Positions 1 to 11,785 of a stretch of DNA of 64,000 nucleotides are shown piece by piece. The notes beneath the pieces were generated by a model. The model was not told the origin of the DNA, ran no database searches, and saw only the letters and a list, made by a program, of their open reading frames with translations. The position numbers were made by a program, and so were the translations under genes. Within the stretch, counting starts at the first letter, position 1, and every line of letters begins with the position of its first letter. This DNA comes from Octopus sinensis (lineage: Eukaryota): the NCBI RefSeq assembly GCF_006345805.1, contig NC_043006.1, positions 89,900,001 through 89,964,000 of the forward strand. Reading direction: 5' to 3'.

Positions 1-239
1 GTCGATGGAATGTGGGGAAAAAAATAGAGTTTTATTCCTTTTCCACAATCTTAGCTTTTACAATAATGGTTTGATCATGGAACTGTAGAACGATATTTAG
101 CACATTCAATTCAGGAAAAAAAAAATCAAGAAGAAACACTGGAATTGAAATATTTGGAAGCTAAAATTGGTTTCAGCTTTTTTTCCACAAAACCTTTCTA
201 ATTCCCTCCATAGCAATATAAACTCAATGTAGAATATGC

Positions 240-645
240 TTGGATCACTTGATCACTGAATAACAAAATAAATGCTGATACTTAGAGTTTTAGGTTCAGT
301 CTGACTGTGCAGCATTTTGGGCAAGTATCTCCTACTATAGCCCTGAGTTGACCAATGTCTTGGGAGTGAAGTTGGTAGATAGAAACTGTGTGGAAGCCCA
401 TCAATAGTATTTATATGTATGCGTGAATGGTGTGTATTCATCCAAACTGCTTGACAACCAGTATCGGTTTATTTGCATCCCCATAACTTAACAGTTTGGC
501 AAAAGAAACCAATACTATAAGTTGAGACTTTAAAAAGAAAAAAAACAGTAAGTGGTAGGGCTGATTTGTTTCACTAAACCCTGTCCCAGCATGGTTGCCA
601 TCCAATGACTGAAGCAAGTAAAAGATATAAAAGGTAAACATGCCA
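240..645 (-). mobile_element. Degenerate copy of tRNA-derived SINE family A
   Basis: Colinear, diverged similarity to the young copies at 11378-11785 and 16822-17243 (ttgggcaagtatc..ctactatagcc, ccagcatggttgccatcc..gactgaagcaagtaaaag). Confidence 0.6.
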
Positions 646-1413
646 TCTTATAAAAAAACAAAATAGTTAATCCCTCCACAAATCTTACAAAGATCAATGA
701 CTCCATATAGGCACCAATAAGTCTATAACGGAAAGACAGACATGATAATTACTAAAGCATATTCCAAAGAAGTCTGAGTGCACATACAGCAGCCATCGTT
801 TTGTGTTTGAGTGACACTTGATAGTAGAAAATAAAAATGGTTACATACAATGGTGGGACTGTTTAGGGGGGAAAATGAACTTTCAACAAATATAAAAGAA
901 AAATTGTTTCATGATTCAAATTTGAGTCTTGAACTGGCGGTTGAGAAAAAAAAATGCACTAAATGGATGTTTGATTCAGCAGAAAAAGCAGTGAAATCTC
1001 TTTAAAGTCATATCTATCACCTTAAAAAAAGGAAGGACCTCACTGCATAAAAAAACCCTAGATCCTACACCTGTTACAGTGAAGCTTTCTTTCACATTTA
1101 GCATGTTGAACTTTTCATTTTTTTCTTCATTGTTGCTGGAGTGTCACTAATATGAGTGCAAGTAGTTTAGTTTCTGAGAAATGCTTTTAGATGAAGTGGG
1201 AGTTAAATAAAATATGTCACCATTTTAAAATAATACTTATAAAACAATGATAATAAAATGAAATTGAGGAAGCTATCTAAAATCCAATGACTATTTTGTT
1301 GTAGATTCCAAAAAAGCAGTTCATTTATGGGGAAGCATGAATATTTCCATATTAGACAAGTTAGCACTCAAGTGATCACCAATTCTGTTTCTGTTGTTTG
1401 TTTTTAAATTTAG

Positions 1414-1445
1414 GGCGAAGGACACTGTTTCACACAAATACCTAG
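1414..1445 (+). other. Candidate short exon (unassigned)
   Basis: Long pyrimidine tract ending tttag at 1413; donor AG|GTGAGA at 1446, alternative ATG|GTAAGA at 1457. Splice signals only. Confidence 0.2.
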
Positions 1446-1559
1446 GTGAGAAAATGGTAAGAAATACTTTTGCAAAGATTTGAAGAGCATGAAAGTATTT
1501 GCAAATGCAATTCTACACTTCCACAGAAGTTCACAGTTGAGAATACATTTTTACAATTA

Positions 1560-1930
1560 CTTCTATCTTTTATTTTTGGCCATGATGGAGCATCATCTCG
1601 AAAGGTATCATCAAACAAATTAACACCAGCAGTTATTATTTAAGTCTGGTACATATTCCAACAGTCTCATTTATTGAACCATTAAGTTATGGGGCTGTAA
1701 ACAAACCGATACTGGTTGTCAAGTGGTGGTGGTGGTGATGTAGGACACACACACACACACACACACAAAATACCACACAATTTCCATCTAGCAAAGGCAT
1801 TGGTTGGTATCCAATCACAAAGCATTGGTTGGTATGGGCCTATAGTAAAAGATACTTGACCAAGGTGTTGTGCAATGGAAATAAACCTAAGTCTACATGG
1901 TTACAAAACAAGATTCTCAACTACATCATA
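1560..1930 (-). mobile_element. Degenerate SINE family A copy
   Basis: Same motif order as 11378-11785 (ggccatgatggagc, gtaaacaaaccgatactggttgtcaag, ctatagtaaaagatacttgaccaagg). Confidence 0.55.
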
Positions 1931-3819
1931 TTCCATTTCTTCTAAATTTATTGAAAGTAGGAAGGATTTTTGTTTCCAAATGAGACAGAGCAGAAGTTTA
2001 CATTTCTGGATCCTCTAAATCCACTCAAACCAAAGCAATTTGGATCCATAAAATCAGATTCATTGGAATGGTTTATAAATAGTAATGAGTTTTGTCTTTT
2101 AGCTAAGAAGGAAAGCAGTACCCATGATGCCTTATGAGGCCTCCAAGACTGGTAGGAGCAACAATGAACAGTATCCTCAAACTTAAAACCTAGTCCTGGA
2201 TGTTTGAAATGGAATGCTCTGATTAAGTCTGTCACCTATACAGCCTTGGAAGGATTGGAATTCAAAACACAAAGAGCCAAACCAATTACTCCAAGACATC
2301 CAATTTGATGTTTTAACAGTTTTACCAAACCCATCACTCTGAACTGACTGTGAAAGGATGAATAGGAAAGCTGGCCTCAGTGGGGTTTGAACCCTTTTCA
2401 TATCAACCCGCCTGAGACCACATTTGGTTTTATAATACAAAATTCATATTTTAAAGTTATCCAAATTGAAACGTTCCATCAAAATTTCATATTAATTTAT
2501 ATTCCAAACTCTAAATAAAGACAAAGTTACTTTACTAAATCCATTATTTTCTAAAGTAATTCAAACAAAGGCTTCAACCGAAATTTGGTAAAAAGTATGG
2601 CAAGCAATCTGCCAACTTCTTGCAAGAAACTAGAAGGAAAACACCTCAGCCATTGTTCTTGCAACTTCTATGTATTGTTTTGTATATTGCACAAAATTCA
2701 TACAACTGCAGAAAAAAATTTCTTCAACTTTGCAAGGAATAAGGAAACATTAATGTTGAAATATGTCAAGTTCACTTTCAAAACTTTCGACAAAGCTAAA
2801 CATCACTTCAATAGAATTGCTAAAACCTTACTATTTAATATTCAGTTTATTCAAATTTAATGGAAAATCCATGAAAAAGCTAAGTTTACTGAGCCAAGCA
2901 ATATCATTAGCTGAGAAGAATTATAATCCATGTTTTTATATTAAAAAATAATCTGGTTTCACTTAAAAATTCAACAAACCATTCTCCACCAACACATTCT
3001 ACATTAGCGGATCATTGTAAACTGATCCGGCTTCATTTATAAAGACCAATATTTCAGAGCCTGACATATTAGGGGCACCATTAGTCATAAGTGAAACTAT
3101 TTTCAATAAATCGGGGGGGGGGGGGGGTTCTGTTTTTGTTTTTGAAAAACATTCTATCACAGTCACTTATGCCCACTTGTAATGTTTTCAGGCATTTTCT
3201 GGAAATGGACTCTTCATAAATAGAATCTCCATGAAAATATTGTGCAATAACAAGTGAATTGATAAAATAATACCAGTGGTCTCATCACGACAAATAAAAA
3301 TATTTAAGTTAAAGGTATTTAAATGTTTTTGAATGTGATCATTTTGTTTATTATTTTTTTTCTTTTTGCAAGGAGAATTTTCTTTTGTTTGAAACCCATT
3401 GTGTCTAAAACTCTGTGACATGTTATTCCTGACACAAGTGTTAAAGGTTCACCATTTTGCCTTTGACACATTATGTCTGAAGGTAGGACAGGATAGCTAC
3501 ATTATCTATTCTAACAAGTGCGGAATTTCCAACATGATATGCTTAAATAGGTGGACAGACAGATACATAATGGATGGACAGACAGATGGACAAACAGATA
3601 ACATCTTTTTTTTCCTCCAATATAAATCCAAACACAGCTTAACACAAACGTCAGTTTACATAATAGAGAAGGTGACCAAAACTGAGACTAGTGCCATGAC
3701 GAACATGTTGGGTACCAAAACCATACAAAAGACAAATACATGCGAAATATTAGGCTGGAAAACGAATACTGGTTTCAAATTTGGGCACAAGGCCAGCAAT
3801 TTTATAGGGAGGGGAGGTA

Positions 3820-3975
3820 AGTCAAATGCATCAACACTTAACTGGTACTTATTTCACTGACCCTGAATGGTGAGAAGTGAAGTTAACTTTGGCAGAATTT
3901 GAAACGGGGACAAAAAGATGGATGAATGGATGCTAAACATTTTGCCTGGCAATGCCAACAATTCTGCCAGCTGAC
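3820..3975 (-). mobile_element. Degenerate tRNA-SINE family B copy
   Basis: Reverse-complement similarity to 59552-59783 (aactggtacttattt, ttggcagaatttga, attctgccagct). Confidence 0.55.
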
Positions 3976-4829
3976 CACATCGAGACGGAGAAGAAATGAT
4001 TATTAAAACCAATCAAAAGAAAAAGAAACACCTCAGTTGTAGAATATCAAGAATCTGGAATCAACTTGGAAATTACTTCTGTTTAACACGAAGTAATAAA
4101 ATTCTTGTGTTCCTTTATCGAGGAGGAGAAGAAGGAGATTGAGTAACCATTGCTCTTTTATAAAAGTCGGATGACTTTTATGGTGGGAAAAATTGGGCTG
4201 AAATAAAGAGATGATGCTTCGTCCTTGACCAGAGGAAGACCCATGGCATAGTACTGGTGACCATTATCCATATGAAGATGTAAAAAAAAAAAAAAAAAGC
4301 CAGAAGTGTCAGCACTCCTAAATTTATGTCCAATGAAGAACAAAGCAACAAATAATGATGTTATCCAGAAGAAATATAAAGAATATTGCCATCATACATA
4401 AGCAGAGTGTACAATAAGAAAAAAAAAGTTCAATGTCAAAAAATGGAAGGAGAATTGAATATTCGTTTCTTTAGACATTTTAACAGCTCTGCTTATTCAT
4501 TTTGTTTCTGTTGGGTGATGGTAGCACCTCATAGATTTTTATTAATAAAATTATCATTTATTCTCACTATTGGATATAAATTTGGAATTTTGAGTGGGCC
4601 TGGCACTTTTTGTTATATTAAAGTTAAAATATGAACCAGTTAAGTACTGGGGTTAAAGTATTTCACTAATCCCCACCCCTCAAAGATACTGGTTTTGGGC
4701 CAAAATTAGAAGCAATTATTTTAAATCTTTCTCAGCTAAATTAACAGTTAGGTGGTGGGTCTAATCTAGAATCATAATTCTCATCCAATAAATGTGTATT
4801 TTTTTTAAGGCTTAAGGCTGTATCATATG

Positions 4830-5210
4830 CGGGGACATAGAAATAATCAGACTGAATACCTGATTGCGTGGTTAAACCATTGGGAGTGAAGGACTCCTGG
4901 CCTTTGTTAGGGCATCCTTCTAGGAGAAGGTAACTCAGGTAACTGGGATAACTCCGACATAAAACCTGCGGCTCAGTGGTTTCCGATGATGTTGACTTGT
5001 TCTTCTTTTTGGATTATGGCTGCTGTTGCTTAGTGAGTGGGATTGACTCAGTGTACAGCCTTTCCTCACTTTAAAAAGAAATCTTCTTGTACAAGCATTG
5101 CACGATAGCAACATTGTCCATGATTGTTGATGGTGCTGTGAGTCTCTACTGAATGGCTGGCTGTAGCTTTAAAGCAAATAAAAGTCAAATTCGATCTCAG
5201 CACCTGGCAA
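4830..5210 (+). repeat. Interspersed repeat, possibly the 5' region of an RTE-type LINE
   Basis: gggcatccttctaggagaaggtaactc..ataaaacctgcgg resembles RTE 5' UTR motifs; no protein motif seen. Confidence 0.3.
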
Positions 5211-5591
5211 CAGTTAAGCTTCGTGCAATGGCCATACTCGATAACGAGGGGCAGCCATCATGTATAAATGTATAAACACAAACAGGTGGGTGTTTCTAAT
5301 AGAATGTAGGTGTGTGACAGCTGTAGGACATAATATATGAGGTCTTCAAAGTATAAATCTAAGCCCTGGAGAAATAATACCTTTACCTGCTTGTGTGCGC
5401 GCGCGCGTGTGAGAGAAAGAGAGAGAGAGATGTGCATCTAAGTTGCTTAGTGAGTGGGATTGACTCAGTGTACAGCCTTTCCTCACTTTAAAAAGAAATC
5501 TTCTTGTACAAGCATTGCACGATAGCAACATTGTCCATGATTGTTGATGGTGCTGTGAGTCTCTACTGAATGGCTGGATGTAGCTTTAAAG
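5025..5591 (+). repeat. 150-bp direct repeat pair (5025-5174 and 5442-5591)
   Basis: Direct comparison: 149/150 identical. Confidence 0.95.
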
Positions 5592-6037
5592 TGCGGGAGA
5601 CAATATGTGTGTAGGTGAAGGAAAGTGAATAGGTGTATGTATGTAATTGAGAATGTGTGTGAGAAAGAAAGATTGTGTGTGTGTATGAGAAAGAAAATGA
5701 GAATGCGTGTGTGAGGAAGAGACAAAGTGATTGTATATGGCAAAATGTGTGTCTGAGAGAATGAGCAACGGTTTTAGTGTTTTGGGCTTGAGAGAAAGGA
5801 GGGGGGGATCACCGTCCCCTCCCCCGGAGATGGTTGATGTTTGTATGAAAGAATGTGTCAGTGTGTTTGTGGGAGTTTCTCTATGTGGAATAGAAGCAAA
5901 GAACCACCGTTATTGCGTGTGTGCGTGTGTGATTGTGAATGATGGTGAATATGAAAGAGAGAGAGAAAGAAGAGAGAATAAGTAATGAGTTGGCAGATAA
6001 GACATGTGAGCTTTGGTGAGAAGAAAGAAAGAGAACA

Positions 6038-6328
6038 GTTGTTGAAGTGAGGTTTCTGTGTGCATATGTGTCTCTCTCTATATCACCCTGTCTGTGTGGC
6101 TGTGGAAGAATTGACTGGCCAAACTCTGAGAAAAAAAGTACTGTATTGGCTGAGACAAGCGGAGGTTGTAGTAGTGTGTTTAACGGAATAATTTGAAGTA
6201 CATCGTTGTGTCTATCCCTGCTTTGTGAAATATGTATATCTACCGTATAGAAGGATATAAAACTACATCTGTCTGTCTTGCCTTCAAAAGTTTGCGTTTG
6301 TATTATATTTTTTATGTAAAAGTTGTGC
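6038..6328 (-). mobile_element. Inverted internal fragment of L1/Tx1-clade LINE ORF1 (RRM-like part)
   Basis: Minus frame reads ..QPPLVSANTVLFFSEFGQ..HRNLTSTT; bounded by acaac microhomologies; joins in frame to ATG 6975. Confidence 0.6.
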
Positions 6329-7523
6329 AACAACTAATACATTCGGTTGTGCAAATTCTTTGCACGGGAAACCTGCCCTGTGTGGCGTGTTTCCCCGATT
6401 TTGTAAATTTGTTTTCGGCTTTCCTAGCCATTTCTGTTTTGAGCATGACGTCTTCAAGCCATGAAGTCGTTGTCGAAGGGAACGCTGGTTTCCTTGACAA
6501 CGCTTACGACGTTGATTTCCCTACACTGCCTTCCCCACAGCTTCACGAGGGAGGGAAAGAAGGGGAGGAGCAACACAGGTGCAAGTGTGAGCACGGACGC
6601 CAACACCGCCACCGACACACGAAAAATTGAAAGCACCCAGATGACAGCTTCAGAGTCAACCACTACTACGGACAACTCTGCCACGACCACGACCACCACC
6701 AACTCCACCACTAACAACACCACTACTACAACCTCAACTACAACAAATGACACCAACACTACCACCAAAAACAAATCCAATTTTGCACAAGCTTTGAAAC
6801 AAAAACAAGACAATACTAAACTTCACAAATAAAACAGACAAAAGCCCTCTTAACTCAAAAAGGTTCACATCTACGCTTAAATATACCACAAAACATCATA
6901 GACACCACACAAAAGAAAACAATAATATACAAAGTCTTAAACGCAAAAACACGCAGATCAGAACAAGCACAACCATGATTCAGTTATTGATACAAATAGA
7001 TCAAAACCAAATCAATAACATCCCCCACCAAATTGAGCTGCCAGACGGCAATTACCTTTATGTGGTGGTAGAGGGTAGGAGGCCTCGCTGTTTCTTGTGT
7101 GGCACCGAGGAACACCTAAGAAGTGATTGCCCAACAACAAAAACCAGAACAAGAACAACCACAACAAGGAAAAAGTGCAAAGAAAAAATAACACTACTAC
7201 CCACACCACCATCAGCACAGAGGACAAACAGGGAGTACGAAACCAAACCCGCCAACACCAACAAATGAAAATACAACAACATCTGAAAAAACACCAACAA
7301 CAACAGCAAGAACTAAAGAAACAGTAAAACCAAGAAACAATACAAAAACTGATTCCCCTTCCCTCACATCACACACAAGCAGTCAACAACCAACATCAAC
7401 GAAAACAACAACACAACCAATTACACAAAAACACACTGAAGCCTACAACATGCCCCTACCCGCTTCCGATTCCTCTGAAATTTCGTCAGAAGACGAAAGC
7501 ACAGAGGAATGGCAAATAGCCAG
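6322..7523 (+). mobile_element. L1/Tx1-clade LINE 5' UTR plus decayed ORF1 (zinc knuckle) with internal deletion
   Basis: ATG 6445 gives MTSSSHEVV..DVDFPTLPSP; VVVEGRRPRCFLCGTEEHLRSDCP is a CX2CX4HX4C knuckle (in ORF 6975-7268); A/C-rich low-complexity linkers; frameshifts. Confidence 0.75.
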
Positions 7524-7664
7524 AAAAGTTGTGCAACAACTAATACATTCGGTTGTGCAAATTCTTTGCACGGGAAACCTGCCCTGTGTGGCGTGTTTCC
7601 CCGATTTTGTAAATTTGTTTTCAGCTTTCCTAGCCATTTCTGTTTTGAGCATGACGTCTTCAAG
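7524..7664 (+). repeat. Second copy of the LINE 5' end (141 bp; first copy 6318-6458)
   Basis: 140/141 identical by direct comparison. Confidence 0.95.
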
Positions 7665-7712
7665 AGGAAAGGGAGCAAAAAAGAACCAAATCCAATACAA
7701 ACGCAAACAAAG

Positions 7713-9220
7713 CAGGGAGCAAAAATCAACCGAGAAAAGTCGGTGGGCTTGTGGCTGGGCACCTGGAGAAGCAAGCCCATGCCATCCACCAGCGCCTCAG
7801 TAGTGGGACGCTGGACAGACGGGCCCCGGTCAAATTGCTCGGAGTCTGGTTTGGTCCAGACTTGCAAACAGAGAAGAACTGAGATGAGATAACGAGTAGG
7901 GTGGCCACTCTCTGCAGGCAATGGGCTGAGAGGAAGCTGTCCCTAAAAGGTCGGGTGGGGGTGGCGAATGCATACATCGCGTCTGTCATCAACTACTGCC
8001 TGACCGTCGTGCCTTGTCCCGACCCCACCGTCACCAAACTGGAACACATCCTCTTCCATTTGCTGTCAACACCCGCTGAAAGGAGGGCTGGGCATGCCGT
8101 GGTTGATGATGCGCAGACACATGCTGAGACTGTGATATCTCCGGTTCTACGTAGACGACGGTGAGCAGGTGTGGTCACCATTTGTGCAGCGCACTTTCCC
8201 GCAACTCGTGTCGATGACCGAGTTGCAATCATGGATCAAAAAGAGGCCGAGGAAGGGCGAATGGCATCATGAGTGTCACGTTGCTTTCCAGCAACTTTGC
8301 TGTCCTGGGTCAAACTTGAGCGACTGCATCAACATGAAAGCATTTTATAAGGGATTAGTGGAGGGTATGTACGACGACGATCTCGGGACGAACCTGGGCA
8401 TCGACGAGGAATACCTGACCCGCCTGTTCAAGACAACTTTCGGGCCAGGTCCTATGGACAATTTCCCTGGCCTGGCAGCGCTACCCATTCGGGATAAGCT
8501 CTATAGACATGGTTCAAGAAACGCAGGGCCAACCTGCCCGAGATGCGGTCAGAGCGACGAAACCGTTCTGCACGCACTAGTTCAGTGTCCAACCATTTCC
8601 GACCTCTGGGCTTATGTCGAACGACTGCTGTCACGTGTGGGATGAGTCGGTTTATTAGCCGAGTCTATCGTCAATATCGTCACGCCTCCTTCCTTCAAAC
8701 AGGAAGGAAGAGCTATTTTCATAATACTTGTAGCTATGGCGAAAGAATGTATCTGGTGGACGCGTCTGAAAGGATTAGAGACAAACACTTTCCTCTCTGG
8801 TCAATCTCTCATCAACTTTTTCAAGTATCACTTGAAAAGGAAGGTGAGAGTAGAGAGGGAAGTTTTGTCTAGCGATTGTTTCCAAAAAAGACAGGTAAAT
8901 GTAGCAAGGATTGCACGAATGAATGACGAAGCCACCTTGAGCATGATCCTATGAACCGTAAAAATATTTAATACAGAGAGTTATTAATTTGTAAATAAAT
9001 GTTAATATGTGACGTAATTGCCCAAGGTTTTTCTTTCTTGGGAACTTGTACTATTTCGCCATTTTTTGCATATATTCCCAACGATTTCGATCCATTTTCA
9101 TCGTTGTCCCCCCCTTTTTTTTTCTTTCCGCCTCCCTTGAAAAGAAAAACTCTGCATTGTAATTGTCCCCTCTGTGTTCAGCCTGTGTGGCCAATAAAGA
9201 AATTATCTATCTATCTATCT
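7713..9220 (+). mobile_element. Tx1-like (L1 clade) LINE, 5'-truncated ORF2 plus 3' UTR
   Basis: GAKINREKS (RT end), KLLGVWFGPD, QWAERKLSLKGR, KGGLGMP, CPRCGQSDETVLHALVQC (C-terminal Zn motif); ORF2 stop 8954; AATAAA 9193-9198 then (TATC)n tail; several stops and frameshifts. Confidence 0.9.
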
Positions 9221-9328
9221 GTACACATATATATGTATAGTGAGAATTTACAAAAAGCAAAAAAGACGAAGACCAATGTGTAAACAACAAACAGATGTAT
9301 TAGTCTAACGCTTGGGAAGTGAGAAAGT

Positions 9329-9364
9329 CTTTTACGTTTCGAGCCTATGTTCTTTGACAGAAAG
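9329..9364 (-). ncRNA. Minimal type I hammerhead-like motif, decayed core, within a PLE-type repeat (about 9262-9430)
   Basis: Minus: cttt CUGUCAA A gaac-auag-gcuc GAA ACGU A aaag; stem I cuuu/aaag, palindromic ACGU stem III, GUA triplet; core deviates from CUGANGA. Confidence 0.55.
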
Positions 9365-10201
9365 GAACACAAAAATAAACAGGGAGAGAAACTAGAAAAA
9401 GGTTTAGTGGCTAGCAATCTATCATGGCGAATGATATATATACACACATACACACACACACATCTTTGGGTATCTGAGTATCTGTGTGTGTGTGTGTAGT
9501 TATGCATAAGGAAAATAATGATGAAGCTGTCTGACTAATTTATAAGTAAAAAAGTTAATTTGGTAATCAGTGAGAATTGAATTTATAGCAGAGCTTGACT
9601 TATGAGGTCAATCCAACCCAAAGCCAATTCTTTTGCGTCAGCACTTGACCTAAAATTGCTTGTTTATAGAGAAACTGTCAAAGTTGGATGGATTGTTGTT
9701 CTAATTGAAAGGGTCACCCTGTCAAGCATTGTGTCTGTTGTGACACAGGGGATGAAACAGCAAGAAATGTCAGAGTAGATACTTTGGCTTGTTTCTTTAC
9801 TTTGTATTCTGAGTTCAAATCCAGCCATAACCTTCAGCTTGTTCCACCCAAGGAGTTCTTAACCCAATATTTACATGCAATTCCTTTCAGCTTTATTTTG
9901 AGTTCCATGGTTTAAAATGATGTATTTCATATCTCTCAAAATTTCTAAAGTCTTTTGATTTATATTTGGTCAAGTGATGTGAGATCCCAATAAGGATCAA
10001 AACTCTATTAAAGCTGATCATCACTTCTTCAACCTACAGAGAAATAGACAAAAAGTGATAGGTTTATATAACAACCACCTAAGTTTACACACATACACAC
10101 ACACACATACACACACACACACACACATGCAAGATGTGGGGTTCAAAATTCACAGCACTTGATTCAGCGGCACTTTATTAATGCATTCTTAGATCAGATG
10201 A

Positions 10202-10324
10202 CATCATCAAGTAAACCTTAAACATATAAACAAGTAAGGTAGGAATATAAACTCAGTTTTTGGTGAACTGGTCATCTTGTATTCCTACCTTACCTGTTTT
10301 ATGTTTAAAATTTACCTGATGATG
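10202..10324. repeat. Imperfect inverted repeat (arms 10202-10247 and 10280-10324) ending at a CTGATGA core
   Basis: catcatcaagtaaaccttaaacatataaacaagtaaggtaggaata versus reverse complement of tattcctaccttacctgttttatgtttaaaatttacctgatgatg. Confidence 0.85.
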
Positions 10325-10459
10325 GTAGGATTTTGCCAGCTGTTGTGAATTAACCCCACTAGTGTTCTTGTTTATGCTACACTGGGAACCATCCCTGGCT
10401 TGGATTTGAAGTTTATATTAGATTGGGTAATTATGATATATATATATCCATCTATGTGT

Positions 10460-10497
<38 letters not shown>

Positions 10498-11002
10498 GAA
10501 GGTTTGGAGATGATGTACAGGTATTATATATTAGAAAAATTGAGGTAATCAGATCAGATGGTTCATATTTGTAGATATTTATTTATATATTACATTTTTT
10601 ACATATATATCATATCATTCGGATTAGCGCTTGCTCCCATTCTAGTGGGTTTTCAAATCAAATCAGTTGTGGGTAGTTTGAACCTTTTTATAGTTTCGTA
10701 GTAGTGGGTGAGGAGGAAGTGAGACAGAGAGAAAATATGTGTGTATGTGTGTGTGTCTGTGTGTGTGTGTGCGTGTGTGTGTGCGTGTGTGTGTGTGCAT
10801 TTATATCTGAGAGTGAAGAAGTGTTATTTCCGTTGGTCTGCTGGACCCCCTGTGGTTTTATAAGAACTTTGGCCGTCCATTTCAATGTCACTGAGTGTGT
10901 GTTGTGCATAGGTTGGCCTGGCAAATGTCATTTGGGGTCACACTTTCTATGATCATTCTGTGGAGGTGTGTGTGTGTGTGTGTCTCTGTGTGTCTGTGTG
11001 TG

Positions 11003-11036
<34 letters not shown>

Positions 11037-11377
11037 GTGTATGTGTGTGTGTGTGTGTGTGTGTCTGTGTGTTTGGAGAAGGGGAGAGAGACAAAAAGAG
11101 AAAAGGGAAAATAAAAATAATAATAAAAATAAAAAATAAAAAAAATAAAAAAAATAAAATAAAATAAAATAAAAACAAAAAATAAAAAATAAAAAAAAAA
11201 AATATAAAGAATAAATAAAAATATAAAGAATAAAAAATAAAAAAATAAAAATAAAAATAAAAATAAAAATAAGGGAGGAAGTGGATATATATATATATAT
11301 ATAAATATATGAAAGAATGGAGTTGAACGACGAATTAACAAAATTCCTTTATTTTCGACATATGTTTCTTTCATATA

Positions 11378-11785
11378 CTCTTTACTCTTTTACTTGTTTC
11401 AGTCTTTTGACTGCGGCCATGCTGGAGCACCACCTTTAGTCGAGCAAATCGACCCCGGGACTTATTCTTTGTAAGCCCAGTACTTATTCTATCGGTCTCT
11501 TTTGCCGAACCGCTAAGTGACGGGGACGTAAACACACCAGCATCAGTTGTCAAGCAATGCTAGGGGGACAAACACAGACACACAAACATATACACACACA
11601 CTTATATATGTATATACATATATACGACAGGCTTCTTTCAGTTTCCGTCTACCAAATCCACTCACAAGGCATTCGTCGGCCCGGGGCTATAGCAGAAGAC
11701 ACTTGCCCAAGATGCCACACGCAGTGGGACTGAACCCCGGAACAATGTGGTTGGTTAGCAAGCTACTTACCACACAGCCACTCCT
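11378..11785 (-). mobile_element. tRNA-derived SINE family A, young copy (~410 bp)
   Basis: Minus-strand head gtggctgtgtggtaag (A-box-like) and ggttcagtccc (B-box-like); near-identical to 16822-17243; many decayed copies in the window. Confidence 0.85.
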
